The notes under the pieces were generated by a model. The model was not told where the DNA came from. It was given only the letters and a program-made list of their open reading frames with translations, and made no database searches. A program made the translations under genes and the position numbers. Shown here in pieces: positions 1-14,362 of a DNA stretch of 64,000 nucleotides; positions within the stretch are counted from its first letter, which is position 1, and each line of letters starts with the position of its first letter. The DNA comes from an uncultured Actinomycetes bacterium (GTDB lineage Bacteria > Actinomycetota > UBA4738 > HRBIN12), in the NCBI GenBank assembly GCA_963816275.1, contig CAWFJU010000019.1:13601-77600 (forward strand). Reading direction: 5' to 3'.

Positions 1-884
1 CGCGACAGTTCCTCGACCCGGTCGACCACCCAGCCCTTGCGCCCGAGCACCCGGCCGCCGCGGACGAAGAACACCTGGAACGCGGCCTCGAGATCGTCCT
101 CGGCCATCCCCACGATGTCGAGGTCCTCGGGCGTGGCGAGCACCATCTCCTGGCTCTCGAGCGCCCGGCGCGCCGCCTGAAGCTGGTCGCGGACCTTGGC
201 CGCCTGCTCGTACTCCTGGCGCTCGGCGGCCTCCGCCATCTCACCCTCGAGACGGTGGAGCACCGGACGGGCGTTCCCGGCGAGGAACTCGGCCAAGGCG
301 TCGACGTGCGCCCGGTACGCCTCCTCGGTGACCCCGGTCGCGTCGGGGACACACGGGCCCGCGCATCGGCCGATGTCGAAATAGAGGCAGGGGCGTCCGG
401 CGCGCGCCCGCTGGTCGAAGAACGCGTTCGAACAGGTTCGCACCGGGAAGACCCGCGTGAGGGCGTCCAGCGTGTCGCGGATCGCCCACGCATGGCCGTA
501 CGGCCCGAAGTACCGGACCTTCTTCCGCTTCGCGCCGCGGAGCACCTGCGCCCGCGGCCACCGCTCCCCCACGGTCAGGGCGAGGTAGGGGTACGACTTG
601 TCGTCGCGGTAGCGGATGTTGAACCGCGGCCGGTGCTCCTGGATCAGGTTGTACTCGAGCATCAGCGCGTCGACCTCGCCCGAGGCGACGATCCATTCCA
701 CGCTCGCTGCCGAGGTCACCATCGCCTCGGTGCGCGGGTGCAGCGGGCGGCCCCAGTAGTTCGCGAGACGCTTCCTGAGGGACCGAGCTTTCCCGACGTA
801 GACGACGCGACCGTCGGCGTCACGGAACAGGTACGCACCGGGCGCGTCGGGGATCGTCGAGGCGGTCGGCCGGGGGACGCTCAC
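1..884 (-). CDS. uvrC: Excinuclease ABC subunit C (UvrC), N-terminal ~294 aa; the 3' end lies outside the window
   Basis: Manual reverse-strand translation from GTG at 884 gives VSVPRPTASTIPDAPGAYLFRDADGRVVYVGKARSLRKRLANYWGRPLHPRTEAMVTSAASVEWIVASGEVDALMLEYNLIQEHRPRFNIRYRDDKSYPYLALTVGERWPRAQVLRGAKRKKVRYFGPYGHAWAI. This is a GIY-YIG domain. The segments translated (about 480-884) show no frame break. It is absent from the ORF track, probably because it runs off the window edge. Confidence 0.9.
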   Translation of the reverse strand, partial: MSVPRPTASTIPDAPGAYLFRDADGRVVYVGKARSLRKRLANYWGRPLHPRTEAMVTSAASVEWIVASGEVDALMLEYNLIQEHRPRFNIRYRDDKSYPYLALTVGERWPRAQVLRGAKRKKVRYFGPYGHAWAIRDTLDALTRVFPVRTCSNAFFDQRARAGRPCLYFDIGRCAGPCVPDATGVTEEAYRAHVDALAEFLAGNARPVLHRLEGEMAEAAERQEYEQAAKVRDQLQAARRALESQEMVLATPEDLDIVGMAEDDLEAAFQVFFVRGGRVLGRKGWVVDRVEELS

Positions 885-929
885 CCGGCCATTCTAGGAG
901 GGGGGCGGTGACACCCTGCGAAGCCGGGG

Positions 930-2620
930 CTACTTCTTGCCGCCCTTGGCCTCGACCACGACGAACTGACCCGTCATCGTCGGGTGGACGTCGCAGCGGA
1001 AGTAGTAGTTGCCGGCGTCGAGGGCGTCGACCTTGTACTCGACCTGGTCGGGGCCGTTGACCAGATCGCCCGTGAACAGGAAATCGGTGTAGCCGGAATC
1101 GGTCGCGATCGCGATGTTGTGCGGGCCGGTCGTGGCCGCGTCGTCCTTGTTGTCGAAGTTGATCGTGAACGCCTCGCCGGCCGGGGCCACGAGGCAGGTC
1201 GGATCGAAGGCGATGTTCTGCGCCGCGATGTCGAGGGCGACCTTCCCGTCGACGCCGCACTCGGCGCCGCCCGTCGACGGCTGCGACCCGGGCGAGGGAG
1301 CGGGGCTGGGCTGGGCGATCCCGACGTCCCCGGGGTCGCCCTGGACGCCCATCATGAGGGCCGTCGTGACCGTGTCGTACCAGGTGACGTAGACGGCGGA
1401 CCCGTCGGCGTTCACGGCCACCGAGGGGTAGGCGCCGTCGCCGGTGTCGATCCCGGTCTCGATCGGCGTGAAGGTCGAGCCGTCACCCGACGCGAGCTGG
1501 ATGCCGTTCTCGTCCGCCCAGGTGACGTAGATCGTCCCGGACCCGTCGACGGCCACGCCCGCGGTCGGGGTGAAGTTGCCGCCCTTCGCGTCGGCCAGGC
1601 CGGCCGGGCGCCGGTGCGACGACCGTGGCGATCGTCGTTCCCGGGGGCCACCTGCCACCTCGAGGTTGTCCGCGGTGAAGTACGAGACGATCGGGTTGCC
1701 GTCGGCATCGACGGCGAGGTCGAGGCCCTGGCCCGTGGCGCCGTCGGCCACCGTGTCCACCGTCCACGTCCCGCCCGACGAGCCGCGCCACGTCGACCTC
1801 GCTCGTCGAGGTGTCGACGAAGGCGACCACGGGACCGTCTGGGGTGACCCCGATCTTCGTCGGGCCGGGCTGCGGGCAGCCGGCGCACTGCGGGATCGAG
1901 ACCACCGTGTCGGTCGTCCACTTGTCGCCGTCGAAGGTCGCGACCCGGACCTCTTGGCCCGCGGAGTTGGTCGTGTAGGCCACCCACGGGTTCCCGTCGG
2001 CGTCGACCGCGACCGAGGGGCTCCCGATCGGGCCGGCCTGCTTCAGCGAGAAGCCGTAGTCGTAGAGCTGCTCGGCCGTGAAGCCGTCGGGGCCCTTCGC
2101 GTACCAGACGCCGTTCGGCGCGGTCCACACCACGTGCAGCGCACCCGTCGGCGCCCACGGCGATGTCGGTGCCGTTCGAGTTCGTCGCCGTCAGGTCCTT
2201 GAGCGAGGCCACGGTGGCCGGCCCGTACGGGACGATGATCCCGGGCGGGGTGTCCTTGATCTGGGCGGCGGCGCCACGGGTCCAGATGCCGTCGGCCGAC
2301 AGGCTCGTGACCCCGATCGCCGGGATGTAGGGCGAGCCGATCGGCCGGGTGACCGGGATCGCGCCCTCCGGCAGTTCCTCGGTGAGCGCCAGGTAGCTGA
2401 TGAACGGGTTCCCGTCGGCGTCGACCGCCACCTGTGACCCGAGCCCGGCGTCGTCGAGGCTGTCCGCCACGAACGGCGTGAAGCGGACCCCGCTGCCGGC
2501 GTTGACCTCCCCCTCGGGGATCGTGCTGCAGGCCGCAGCCGTCAGCAGGGTTCCGGCGCAGGCGAGGATGGTCAGCAGTCGCGTGGACACGTCGGCGGGA
2601 ATCCTAGCAAGGTACGTCAA
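930..2620 (-). pseudogene. Secreted lipoprotein with beta-propeller-like repeats and a C-terminal cupredoxin (type-1 copper) domain; reading frame broken at least 3 times
   Basis: Three ORF-track fragments join into one protein: 1412..2620 (N-terminus with signal and lipobox LLTAAAC), 1483..2133 and 930..1760. The motif VAVDADGNP recurs 3 times with a 4th variant (LAVDADGNP). The C-terminus carries GPHNIAI...YYFRCDVHPTMTG, a His/Cys/His/Met ligand set with amicyanin-like C-x2-H-x2-M spacing. Frame switches lie near 2140 and 1785, and probably as a pair between 1600 and 1690. Confidence 0.7.
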
Positions 2621-2648
2621 CCGGCGGGGACATCTCGGGCGACCGGTT

Positions 2649-5511
<2,863 letters not shown>

Positions 5512-5565
5512 GGTCGATGAGTCTATCGGCGCGCGCTGACATGGCCGCCGGGGCATACTCCCCCG

Positions 5566-7557
5566 ATGGAACGAGACCTGCGAACCACCCCGCTCTATCA
5601 GGAGGTCGAGGCGTTCTTCCGGTCCGTCCTGGAACCGGGGTTCGGCACCGCCTGGCCGGCCGGCGATCCGGTCCCCTCGCCCGACGAACGGTGGATCGCG
5701 TTCCGCGGGGAGCGGCTCGAGCGGCTCGAGGGGCACGAGGAGGGCCGGATCTGTCTCGTGCCGGCCGAGGGGGGCGAGATCCGCCAGATCACCGGTGGCC
5801 CGTACGACGACGCCGACCCCCAGTGGTCGCCCGACGGCCGCACGCTGACGTTCCTGTCGGACCGGGCGGCCAAGGGGCGGCACCAGCTCTACGCACTCGA
5901 CGGCGAGCTCCCGGCCGAGGCTCGGCCGATCGCCGCGCTCCCGGGCTCGGTCGAGTGGCACCGTTGGACGGCCGACGGCAGCCGGATCCTCGCCGGCGTG
6001 GCGGGCGGAGCCGCCGAGCAGGCCGACGCCCTCGGGTCCGGCACGCTGGGCGCGGAGGCCGACCTCCCCGCCTGGATCCCCGAGGTCGAGTCGAGCGACG
6101 ACGCCGAGGCCGAACGCCGATCGCTCTGGGTCGTCGACCCCGCCACCGGTGCGTCCCGCCAGGCGTCCCGACCCGGCACGAACGTGTGGGAGGCGGCGCC
6201 GTGTGGCCCCGGGGCCGTGGTCGCGGTGCTCTCGGAGGGAGCGGGAGAGGACGCGTGGTACCGCGCGCATCTCGCGATCGTCGATCTGGAGACCGGAGAC
6301 GAGCGGGCGCTCCTGTCCAGCGACGTGCAGCTCGGCTGGGCGGCCGGGGCGCCGTCGGGGGCGAACGCCGCCGTGATCGAGGCGGTCTGCAGCGATCGCC
6401 TGGTGGTGTGCGGCGACCTCCGCGTGATCGACACCGCGTCGGTGACGGCGCGCACCGTCGAGCTTCCCGAGGTGGACGCGTCCCGGGCGCGGTGGACGAG
6501 CGACGAACGCCTCCTGGTGTTCGGCCGCCGCGGCCTCGACTCGGTCGTGCTCGAGGTGACGCTCCCCGATCTGACCGTCCGCGAGCTCTGGGCGAGTTCC
6601 GAGTCCTGCTCGGGCAGCCTGTACGACCCGGCCGGGAGCGCGTTCGGCGACGGGTTCGCGGCGATGATCTCATCGCCGGCCCGGGCGCCGGCGATCGTGG
6701 CCGTGGACGGAGGCGGGAACGAGCGCGTGATCGCGGCGCCGCGTCACGCCGGGCACGACGTCGTCGCCGGTCTCATCGGCCGGCACGAAGTGCTGCGGTG
6801 GGCCGCACCCGACGGGCTCGAGATCGAGGGACTCCTCATCGCACCGCCCGGCGACGGGCCGTTCCCACTGGTGCTCTCCGTGCACGGCGGGCCTGTGGGC
6901 TCGGTCGGCGGCCGCTTCCCGGGCGTGATCACGGCGCTCCTGCTCGCTCGCGGGTTCGCGGTCCTCCAGCCCAACCCGCGGGGGTCGACCGGCCGCGGGC
7001 AGTCGTTCGCACGCGCCGTCGTGCGCGACATGGGCGGGGCGGACCTGTTCGACGACCTGGCCGGGGTCGATGCGGTCGTGGCGGCCGGCGTCGCCGACCC
7101 TGACCGGCTCCTCCTGATCGGGGGGAGCTACGGCGGGTTCATGGCGACCTGGATCCCCACGCAGGATCAGCGGTTCAAAGCCTCCGTCGCGATCTCGCCG
7201 GTGACGGACTGGTGGTCCGAGCGGTTCGATTCCAGCCTGGGTTCATGGGTGGGCGACTTCCTGGGAGGCGAGCCGCTCGATATGGCGCCCGAGTACTCGG
7301 CTCGGAGTCCCGTGCTGCACGCGCATCGGGTGACGACGCCCGTGCTCCTCACCGCGGGACGGCACGACCGGGCCACGCCCGTGGGGCAGGCGGTGGAGTT
7401 CTACCGCGCACTCCGCGAGAACGGCGTGCCCACCGAGGTCGTGAAGTACCCGCAGGAGGGCCACGGGGTCGGCGAGTTCCCGGCGGTCATCGACCTGATG
7501 ACCCGTGTGGTGGCCTGGTTCGAGCGGTTCCTGCCACCCGCCGGAGGCAGCCGGTAG
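5566..7557 (+). CDS. S9-family serine peptidase (prolyl oligopeptidase / acylaminoacyl-peptidase type)
   Basis: Intact 663-aa ORF. The N-terminal half has beta-propeller-type repeats ([13 protein letters not shown]). The C-terminal half is an alpha/beta hydrolase with the GGSYGG nucleophile motif and later D and H residues. Confidence 0.85.
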   Translation: MERDLRTTPLYQEVEAFFRSVLEPGFGTAWPAGDPVPSPDERWIAFRGERLERLEGHEEGRICLVPAEGGEIRQITGGPYDDADPQWSPDGRTLTFLSDRAAKGRHQLYALDGELPAEARPIAALPGSVEWHRWTADGSRILAGVAGGAAEQADALGSGTLGAEADLPAWIPEVESSDDAEAERRSLWVVDPATGASRQASRPGTNVWEAAPCGPGAVVAVLSEGAGEDAWYRAHLAIVDLETGDERALLSSDVQLGWAAGAPSGANAAVIEAVCSDRLVVCGDLRVIDTASVTARTVELPEVDASRARWTSDERLLVFGRRGLDSVVLEVTLPDLTVRELWASSESCSGSLYDPAGSAFGDGFAAMISSPARAPAIVAVDGGGNERVIAAPRHAGHDVVAGLIGRHEVLRWAAPDGLEIEGLLIAPPGDGPFPLVLSVHGGPVGSVGGRFPGVITALLLARGFAVLQPNPRGSTGRGQSFARAVVRDMGGADLFDDLAGVDAVVAAGVADPDRLLLIGGSYGGFMATWIPTQDQRFKASVAISPVTDWWSERFDSSLGSWVGDFLGGEPLDMAPEYSARSPVLHAHRVTTPVLLTAGRHDRATPVGQAVEFYRALRENGVPTEVVKYPQEGHGVGEFPAVIDLMTRVVAWFERFLPPAGGSR

Positions 7558-7567
7558 GCTTCGGGCC

Positions 7568-7843
7568 ATGACCACCCGAGACGACCTCGAAGCCCTGCCC
7601 ACGAAGGAGCTCCACGAGCGCGCGATCGCAACGGCCCGCCGGCGCCTCGACGTCGGGTTCCTGTGGAAGCTCGTGAAGGCGCTGCCCGTGGCCGAGGAGA
7701 TGGTCGGCGACGACGAGCGGAGCAAGGTGGACATCGTGCGGCCGCTCGCCCTGATCAACGACTTCATGGACGCCGGCGAGGGCGAGCTGGGCGAGGCCCT
7801 CCGACCGATGTACGTGGACTACCTCGTGGAGCACACGGGCTGA
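7568..7843 (+). CDS. Hypothetical small protein (91 aa)
   Basis: ATG at M22 of ORF 7505..7843 (MTTRDDLEALPTKELHERAI...), 10 nt after the peptidase stop. Amino-acid composition looks normal and coding-like. I recognise no family. Confidence 0.4.
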   Translation: MTTRDDLEALPTKELHERAIATARRRLDVGFLWKLVKALPVAEEMVGDDERSKVDIVRPLALINDFMDAGEGELGEALRPMYVDYLVEHTG

Positions 7844-7916
7844 GCGACGCGCCCGGACCGGACCAGGGCCCCGAACCGCCCCCGCGGTCCCGTTCTCTGA
7901 GGCGCTCCGCTTCTGG

Positions 7917-9218
7917 GTGAAGCTCGGCTTCATCAATTTCGGCGGACCGAGCGGGCAGATCGCGCTGATGCACGAGGAGCTCGTCGACCGCCGACGATGG
8001 ATCGGCGAGGGACGCTTCCTGCATGCGCTGTCGTTCTGCATGCTGCTGCCGGGGCCCGAGGCGCAACAGCTCGCGATCTACGTCGGGTGGCTGCTCCACA
8101 AGACGCGCGGCGGGATCGTGGCGGGCGTCGCCTTCGTGCTGCCGAGCTTCTTCCTGATGCTGGTGCTCTCGTGGACGTACGCGGTGCACGGCGACGTCGA
8201 CTGGGTCGAGGGCGTGTTCGCGGGGCTGTCGGCCGGCGTGCTCGGGATGGTCGTCGCGGCGCTGCTGCGGATCGGCGGCCGCTCGCTGCGGAACGCGTTC
8301 GCCGTCGCGATGGCGTCCGCGGCCTTCCTCTCGATCTTCGTGATCGGGGTGCCGTTCCCGATCGTCGTCCTGGGCGCCGCGGCGCTCGGGTACGCCGTGT
8401 CGCGGACACGCCCGGACGTCGTCTCGGTGCCGGCGGAGCTCGGTGAGGACGACGCGGACGCGGCGATCGACGACGTCGCGGTATCGGCCCCGCACACGCA
8501 GCCCTCGACCCGGCGCGCGATCAAGGTCCTGGTGGTGGGCCTCGCGGTCTGGTGGCTCCCATTGCTCGCCGTGATCGCCTGGCGCGGCCGGGGCGACATC
8601 CTGAGCCAGCAGGCCGTCTTCTTCAGCACGGCCTCGATGGTGACGTTCGGGGGTGCGTACGCCGTGCTCGCCTACGTGAACCAGGCCGCGGTCTATCGCT
8701 TCGGCTGGCTCACGCCGACCGACGTGGTGGCGGGCCTCGGGTTGGCCGAGTCGACGCCCGGCCCGCTGATCATGGTGACGCAGTTCGTCGGGTTCCTCGC
8801 CGCGTACCGGTTCCACGGTGACCTGTCCCCCGTGACCGCGGGCGTGCTGGGCTCGATCGTCACGGTCTGGGCGACGTTCGCGCCGTGCTTCCTCTGGATC
8901 TTCCTGGGGGCGCCCTTCGTGGAACGGATCCGCGGTCACCGGCGGCTCGGAGCGGCCCTCGGGGCGGTGACGGCCGCCGTGGTGGGCGTGATCGCGAGCC
9001 TCGCCCTGACCTTCGGGGTGAACGTGCTCTTCGACGAGGTGTTCTACCGCGAGCCGTTCTGGATCCCGATCCCGCTCCCTCGGCTCGGGACGCTGGATCC
9101 GTGGGCGCTCGCGATCGCGGTGGCGGCGTTCGTCGCGCTGCGGCGGCTCAAGCTGAACCCCGCGGTCGTGGCCCTCGCGTGCGCGGCCGCGGGCCTCGTG
9201 CGGTCGCTGGTCGGCTGA
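7917..9218 (+). CDS. chrA: Chromate ion transporter (CHR family, two-domain form)
   Basis: Intact 433-aa polytopic ORF starting KLGFINFGGPSGQIALMHEELVDRRRWI...FLHALSFCMLLPGPEAQQLA, the typical ChrA N-terminal signature. A second homologous half follows (TFGGAYAVLAYV). Confidence 0.85.
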   Translation: MKLGFINFGGPSGQIALMHEELVDRRRWIGEGRFLHALSFCMLLPGPEAQQLAIYVGWLLHKTRGGIVAGVAFVLPSFFLMLVLSWTYAVHGDVDWVEGVFAGLSAGVLGMVVAALLRIGGRSLRNAFAVAMASAAFLSIFVIGVPFPIVVLGAAALGYAVSRTRPDVVSVPAELGEDDADAAIDDVAVSAPHTQPSTRRAIKVLVVGLAVWWLPLLAVIAWRGRGDILSQQAVFFSTASMVTFGGAYAVLAYVNQAAVYRFGWLTPTDVVAGLGLAESTPGPLIMVTQFVGFLAAYRFHGDLSPVTAGVLGSIVTVWATFAPCFLWIFLGAPFVERIRGHRRLGAALGAVTAAVVGVIASLALTFGVNVLFDEVFYREPFWIPIPLPRLGTLDPWALAIAVAAFVALRRLKLNPAVVALACAAAGLVRSLVG

Positions 9219-9313
9219 GAGACCGTCCCGTGGTGCCGATGCACGAGGGCAGTGGCAGGTCGACCGCGAGACGGTGGCCGGCCGCCGACGGGGCTGCGCT
9301 AGGCTCCCCACCC

Positions 9314-10470
9314 ATGGCCGAGCGATCCCTCACCGACTACCGCGACGAGTTCCCCGTGGTCGGGAGGAAGGCGTACCTGATCAGCGCGTCCCTCGGACCG
9401 ATCTCGACGCGTGCCCGCACCTACGTCGACGGCTACCTCGACGCGTGGGCCGCGAAGGGGGCGCCCGACCACGTCTGGATGGAGGACATCTTCCCCACGA
9501 TGGGGGCGCTGAAGCGGTCGTTCGCGTCGCTGGCCGGATGCGACGCGGACGAGGTGGCGCTCACGACCAACATCTCGATCGCGCTGTCGACGGTCGCCTC
9601 ATGTCTGGACCTGTCGGGCGAGCGGAACCGGGTGATCCTCTCCGAGCTCGACTTCCCGACCGACGGCCACGTCTGGCTCGGCGTGGGCCCGCAGGACCGG
9701 CGCCGAGGTCGTCTGGCTGCGGTCCCCCGACGGCCTCACGATCCCGCTCGAGGCCTACGACGAGGCGATCGACGAACGGACCGCGCTCGTGATGGTGAAC
9801 CGGGTCCTCTATCGTTCGAGCGCGATCGTCGACGCGAAGGCCGTCTGCGCGATCGCCCGTGACCGGGGCGCGCTGTCGTTCGTGGACGACTACCACGGGC
9901 TCGGCATCGTGCCGCTCGACCTGCACGACCTCGGGTGCGACCTCTACACGGCGGGCACCCTGAAGTGGATGTGCGGCGGCCCGGGGATGGTGTTCCTCTA
10001 CGCGCGACGCGACCTCCTGCCGACGCTCGAGCCGGCCCTGACCGGCTGGTTCGGGACCCGGGAGCCGTTCTCGTTCGATACCGAGCACCTCGAGTACCAC
10101 GCGACCGCCCGGCGACTCGAGCACGGCACCCCGCCGGCGCCGGTCTTCTACCTCGCGCAGGGCGGGCTCGAGATCATCGCGGAGGTCGGGGTGGCGCGGA
10201 TCCGCGAGCGGCAAGGGGAGCTCACCGACCACGTGATCGCGCGGGCCGACGAGGCGGGGCTCCCGGTGCGCACGCCGCGTGACCGCGACGGACGCGGCGG
10301 CGTGGTGAACGTCGGCGTCGGGTCCGAACGCCCAGGCGATCTGCCACGCCCTGCTCGCTCGGGACGTGTGCACCGACTTCCGGGGCGACGGCCTGCGGAT
10401 CAGCCCGCACTTCTTCAACACCGAGGCCGACATCGACCGCTGCTTCGACGAGCTCGCCTCGCTGATCTAG
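9314..10470 (+). pseudogene. Class V aminotransferase-fold PLP-dependent enzyme, 2 frameshifts
   Basis: MAERSLTDYRDEFPVV... starts at M144 of ORF 8885..9862. It continues in the frame of ORF 9789..11885 (AWARRTGAEVVWLRSPDG...AGTLKWMCGGPGMVFLY...). It ends in a third frame, ...AQAICHALLARDVCTDFRGDGLRISPHFFNTEADIDRCFDELASLI, with TAG at 10468-10470. Frame switches lie near 9680 and 10325. Confidence 0.75.
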
Positions 10471-10474
10471 TCCG

Positions 10475-11525
10475 TTACGGACTACCCAAGTCGTCGCGGC
10501 GCAGGACGACCCGTCCGGCCCGCACCACGAGCCGCAGATCGTCGAGCGCGCCGGGGTCGGCGACGGGGCTGTCGGCCACCACGATCAGGTCGGCGGGCGC
10601 ACCGGGCTCGATCGGCGCCCGGGTCAGGGCGCCGAGCATCTCGTCGCCGTCGAGGCCGGCCTCGAGCAGGAGCCGGAGCTCGTACGTGTGGATCCCGGAC
10701 GGGATCGGGCCGTTGCCGAGATCGGTGCCGTACACGACCGACCCGCCCGCCGCGTGGAACCGCCGGAGGTTGTCGAGCGCCGTGCGCAGCTCCGGCGTGA
10801 CGGCGCCGTGTCCGTGGATGTACAGGGTCGAGACCCACCGCATCCGCTCGGCCGCCATCGCGATCGTGTCGTCGGCCAGCCGGTCGGTCCAGGGCGTGTG
10901 GGCGAGCTCGTCGACGCCCGCGCCCAGCGCGCGCTCGACCTGGCCCTCCCCCTGCGCGTGGGCGGTGACCGGGATCCCGGCCGCGCGCGCCGCGTCGCAG
11001 ATCGCGGCGAGGGTCGGCGTCGGAGGGCGTCGGCCCTTCCTCGGCGTTCAGCGACACCTTGATCGCGGCGGCCCCCAGCCCGACGAGCTCGGCCACCGCG
11101 GCCGCGCCCTCGTCGGGGGTCGTCACCTCGCGGCCCGTGCCCTCGGGCGCCCAGCTCGCGGCGGTCGGGTACCCGCCGGGCCCGGTGAGCATCGGGCCGG
11201 CGGCACGGATCAGCGGGCCGTTGAACGCCGGGCGCCTCGGAGGTCGTCCGCGAGCGCGAAGATGCGGTCGGTCGGCCAGGCGAGGTCGCGGACCGCCGTG
11301 ACGCCCCGCTGCAGCATCGCGACCGGATCGCCGAGCTCGATGTGGACGTGCCGGTCGGCGGCGGCCGGCATCACGAACCCGTTCGATCACGATCAGCTCG
11401 GCGTCGTCGGGGACGGGATGCACGCGTCCGACGTACGTGACGCGCTCGCCCTCGCAGTCGACCTGCACGTCGGGGACGATGCGTCCCGGGCCGAGCCACG
11501 CGAACGTCGCGCGGATCGAGAGCAT
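10475..11525 (-). pseudogene. Amidohydrolase-family metallo-hydrolase, about 3 frameshifts
   Basis: N-terminus MLSIRATFAWLGPGRIVPDVQVDCEGERVTYVG comes from ORF 10482..11525. A shifted stretch reads FVMPAAADRHVHIELGDP (metal-binding HxH). The frame then returns (AFNGPLIRAAGPMLTGPGGYP...IKVSLNAEEG). The C-terminus is ORF 10475..10858 (...GTDLGNGPIPSGIHTYELRLL...). Frame switches lie near 11375, 11235 and 11020. Confidence 0.7.
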
Positions 11526-13561
11526 CAGACGCCGACGCCGGCCTCGCGGAGCGCCTTCAGCTCCTTGCGGAGGTCGTGCACCTCGTCGCGGAGCCGCGCC
11601 GCGTACTCGAACCGCAGGTCCTTCGCGGCCTGGTGCATCTCCTCCTCGAGGCTCGCGATCAACCGTTCGAGCTCCTCGGTGGGCATCTCCGGGTGGCTCG
11701 CCTTCTTGCGGCGCTCCCGCCGGGGCGTGGTGCTCGCCCTCGTCTCCGCCGCGCAGCGACAGCAGGATGTCGGTGACCTTGCGCGCGGACCGTCTGCGGG
11801 TCGATGCCGTGCTCCGCGTTGTACGCGAGCTGGATCTGGCGCCGCCGCTGGGTCTCGCCGATCGCCGACTTCATCGAGTCCGTGACCTCGTCGGCGTACA
11901 TCAGGACCGTGCCGTCGACGTTGCGCGCCGCGCGCCCGATCGTCTGCACGAGCGAGGTCTCCGAGCGCAGGAACCCCTCCTTGTCGGCGTCGAGGATCGC
12001 GACGAGCGACACCTCGGGCAGGTCGAGGCCCTCGCGCAGCAGGTTGATGCCCACGAGCACGTCGAACTCCCCCAGCCGCAGGTCGCGCACGATCTCGATC
12101 CGCTGGAGCGTGTCGACCTCGGAGTGCAGGTACCGGACGCGGATCCCCATCTCGACCAGGTAGTCGGTGAGGTCCTCGGCCATCTTCTTCGTGAGGGTGG
12201 TGACGAGGACGCGCTGGTCCGTTCTCGGTGCGCCCGCGGATCTCGTCGATCAGGTCGTCGACCTGGCCCTTCGTCGGCCGGACCTCGACCTCGGGGTCGA
12301 CGAGGCCGGTGGGGCGCACGATCTGCTCGACGACCGGTCGGAGACGCGCAGCTCGTACGGCGCCCGGCGTCGCCGACATGAAGACGAGCCTGCTGCACGC
12401 GCTCGTCGAACTCCTCGAAGCGCAGCGGCCGGTTGTCGATCGCGCTCGGCAGCCGGAACCCGTACTCGACGAGGTTGGACTTGCGCGACAGGTCGCCCTC
12501 GTACATCCCGTGGAGCTGCGGCACGCGTGACGTGCGACTCGTCGAGCACGCACGAGGTAGTCGTCGGGGAAGTAGTCGAGCAGCGTGTAGGGCGCGGTGC
12601 CCGGCCGCGCGGCCGTCGATGTGGCGCGAGTAGTTCTCGATGCCGCTGCAGAACCCGACCTCGCGCATCATCTCGAGGTCGTAGTTCGTGCGCATGCGCA
12701 GCCGCTCGGCCTCGAGCAGCTTGCCCTCGCCGTCGAGCTGCGCGAGCCGCTCGTGCAGCTCCTCCTCGATCGTGACGATCGCGCGCTTCATGCGGTCCTC
12801 GGACGCGACGTAGTGCGAGGCCGGGAAGATCGTGAGGTCGACGATGTCGTCCTTGATGAGCTCGCCGGTGAGCGGGTCGAACCGCGTGATCTTCTCGACG
12901 GTGTCGCCCCACCACTCGATGCGGTAGCCGGTCTGTCTCGTACGGCGGGAAGACCTCGAGCGTGTCGCCCTGCACGCGGAAGGTGCCGCGCGCGCGGCTG
13001 ACGTTGTTGCGCTGGTACTGGATGTCGACGAGCCGCTGCATCGCGAACTCGAGCGGGATGTCCGTGCCCTTGTACGGACGCGCAGGATCTGCCCCTCGTA
13101 CTCCTCGGGCGAGCCCAGGCCGTAGATGCACGAGACGCTCGCCACGATCAGGACGTCGCGCCGGGCGAGCAGCGCGGCGGTGGCCGAGTGCCGCAGCCGC
13201 TCGATCTCCTCGTTCACCGAGCTGTCCTTCTCGATGTAGGTGTCGGTCGGACGGCGATGTAGGCCTCGGGTTGGTAGTAGTCGTAGTAGCTGACGAAGTA
13301 CTCGACCGCGTTGTCGGGGAAGACCTCGCGGAACTCGTTCGCGAGCTGGGCGGCGAGCGACTTGTTCGGGCGCGATCACCAGCGTCGGCCGCTGGACCTG
13401 CTCGATCACGTGCGCGATCGTGAAGGTCTTGCCCGGTGCCGGTGGCGCCGAGCAGCGTGATGTGCGGGCTCGCCGGCCTTGACGCCCTCGGCCAGCTGCT
13501 CGATCGCCGTGGGCTGGTCGCCGGCGGGGCGGAACTCGGACGCGATGCGGAACGGGGGCAC
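11525..13561 (-). pseudogene. uvrB: Excinuclease ABC subunit B (UvrB), about 15 frameshifts
   Basis: UvrB sequence is recoverable end to end by switching frames: VPPFRIASEFRPAGDQPTAIEQLAEGVKAGE / HITLLGATGTG / [21 protein letters not shown] / [12 protein letters not shown]...[10 protein letters not shown] / [22 protein letters not shown]... / [10 protein letters not shown]... / ...[31 protein letters not shown]... / ...[23 protein letters not shown]. The pieces are scattered over ORFs 12250..13713, 11901..13409, 11659..12183 and 11525..12553. Confidence 0.9.
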
Positions 13562-13609
13562 GCGAGCCAGTCTAGGGCCGCCGCCGACACGGCGCCGACG
13601 TCGGCCGCG

Positions 13610-14362
13610 CTACATGCCGGCCCGCGTCGACGATCCGCTGGAGGAACCGCTGCGTGCGGTCCTCGCTTCGGGGCGCTGAAGATCTGCTGCGGCGGGCCCT
13701 GCTCGAGGATCACGCCCGTCGTCGAGGAAGCACACCCGGTTCGCGATGTCCCGGGCGAACCCCATCTCGTGGGTCGCGATCACCATCGTCATGCCCCCGG
13801 CCGCGAGCTCGCGGATCACGTCGAGCACCTCGGCGACGAGCTCGGGGTCGAGGGCGCTCGTGACCTCGTCGAGCAGCATGATGTCGGGCTGCATCGCCAG
13901 CGCGCGGACGATCGCCACCCGCTGCTGCTGCCCGCCCGAGAGCCGGTCCGGGTACTCGTCCGCCTTGTCCGCCGAGGCCGAACCGCTCGAGCAGCTCGTG
14001 CGCCGGGCCTCGGCGTCCGCCTGTCGATGATGCTTCGAGCACCTTGCGGGCGCGAGGGTGACGTTGCGCAGCACCGTCATGTGCGGGAACAGGTTGAAGG
14101 ACTGGAACACGATCCCGATCTGCCGCCGGACGCGTTCACGTCGACCCCTGGCGCGGTGATCTCCTCGCCCGTCGATCGCGATCGCGGCCGGCGTCGATCG
14201 GCTCGAGCAGGTTGATGCAGCGGAGCAGCGTCGACTTGCCCGAGCCCGAGGCGCCGATCAGGCAGACACCTCGTGCTCGTCGACCGAGTCGACCCCTTCA
14301 GCACCTCGAGGTCGCCGAAGCGACTTGTGGACGCCCTCGATCCGGACGGCCTCGGCGGTCAC
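13610..14362 (-). pseudogene. Polar amino-acid ABC transporter ATP-binding protein (GlnQ type), many frameshifts
   Basis: Pieces are [19 protein letters not shown] (Walker A), [56 protein letters not shown] and [24 protein letters not shown]. They come from ORFs 13610..14110 and 14077..14304 plus manual translation. GTG at 14362 overlaps the upstream stop. Confidence 0.8.

Noticed and set aside
5512-5565. A LexA/SOS box upstream of uvrA. I made the same check upstream of uvrB at 13562-13609.
   Set aside because: No match to the actinobacterial TCGAAC-N4-GTTCGA consensus in either region.
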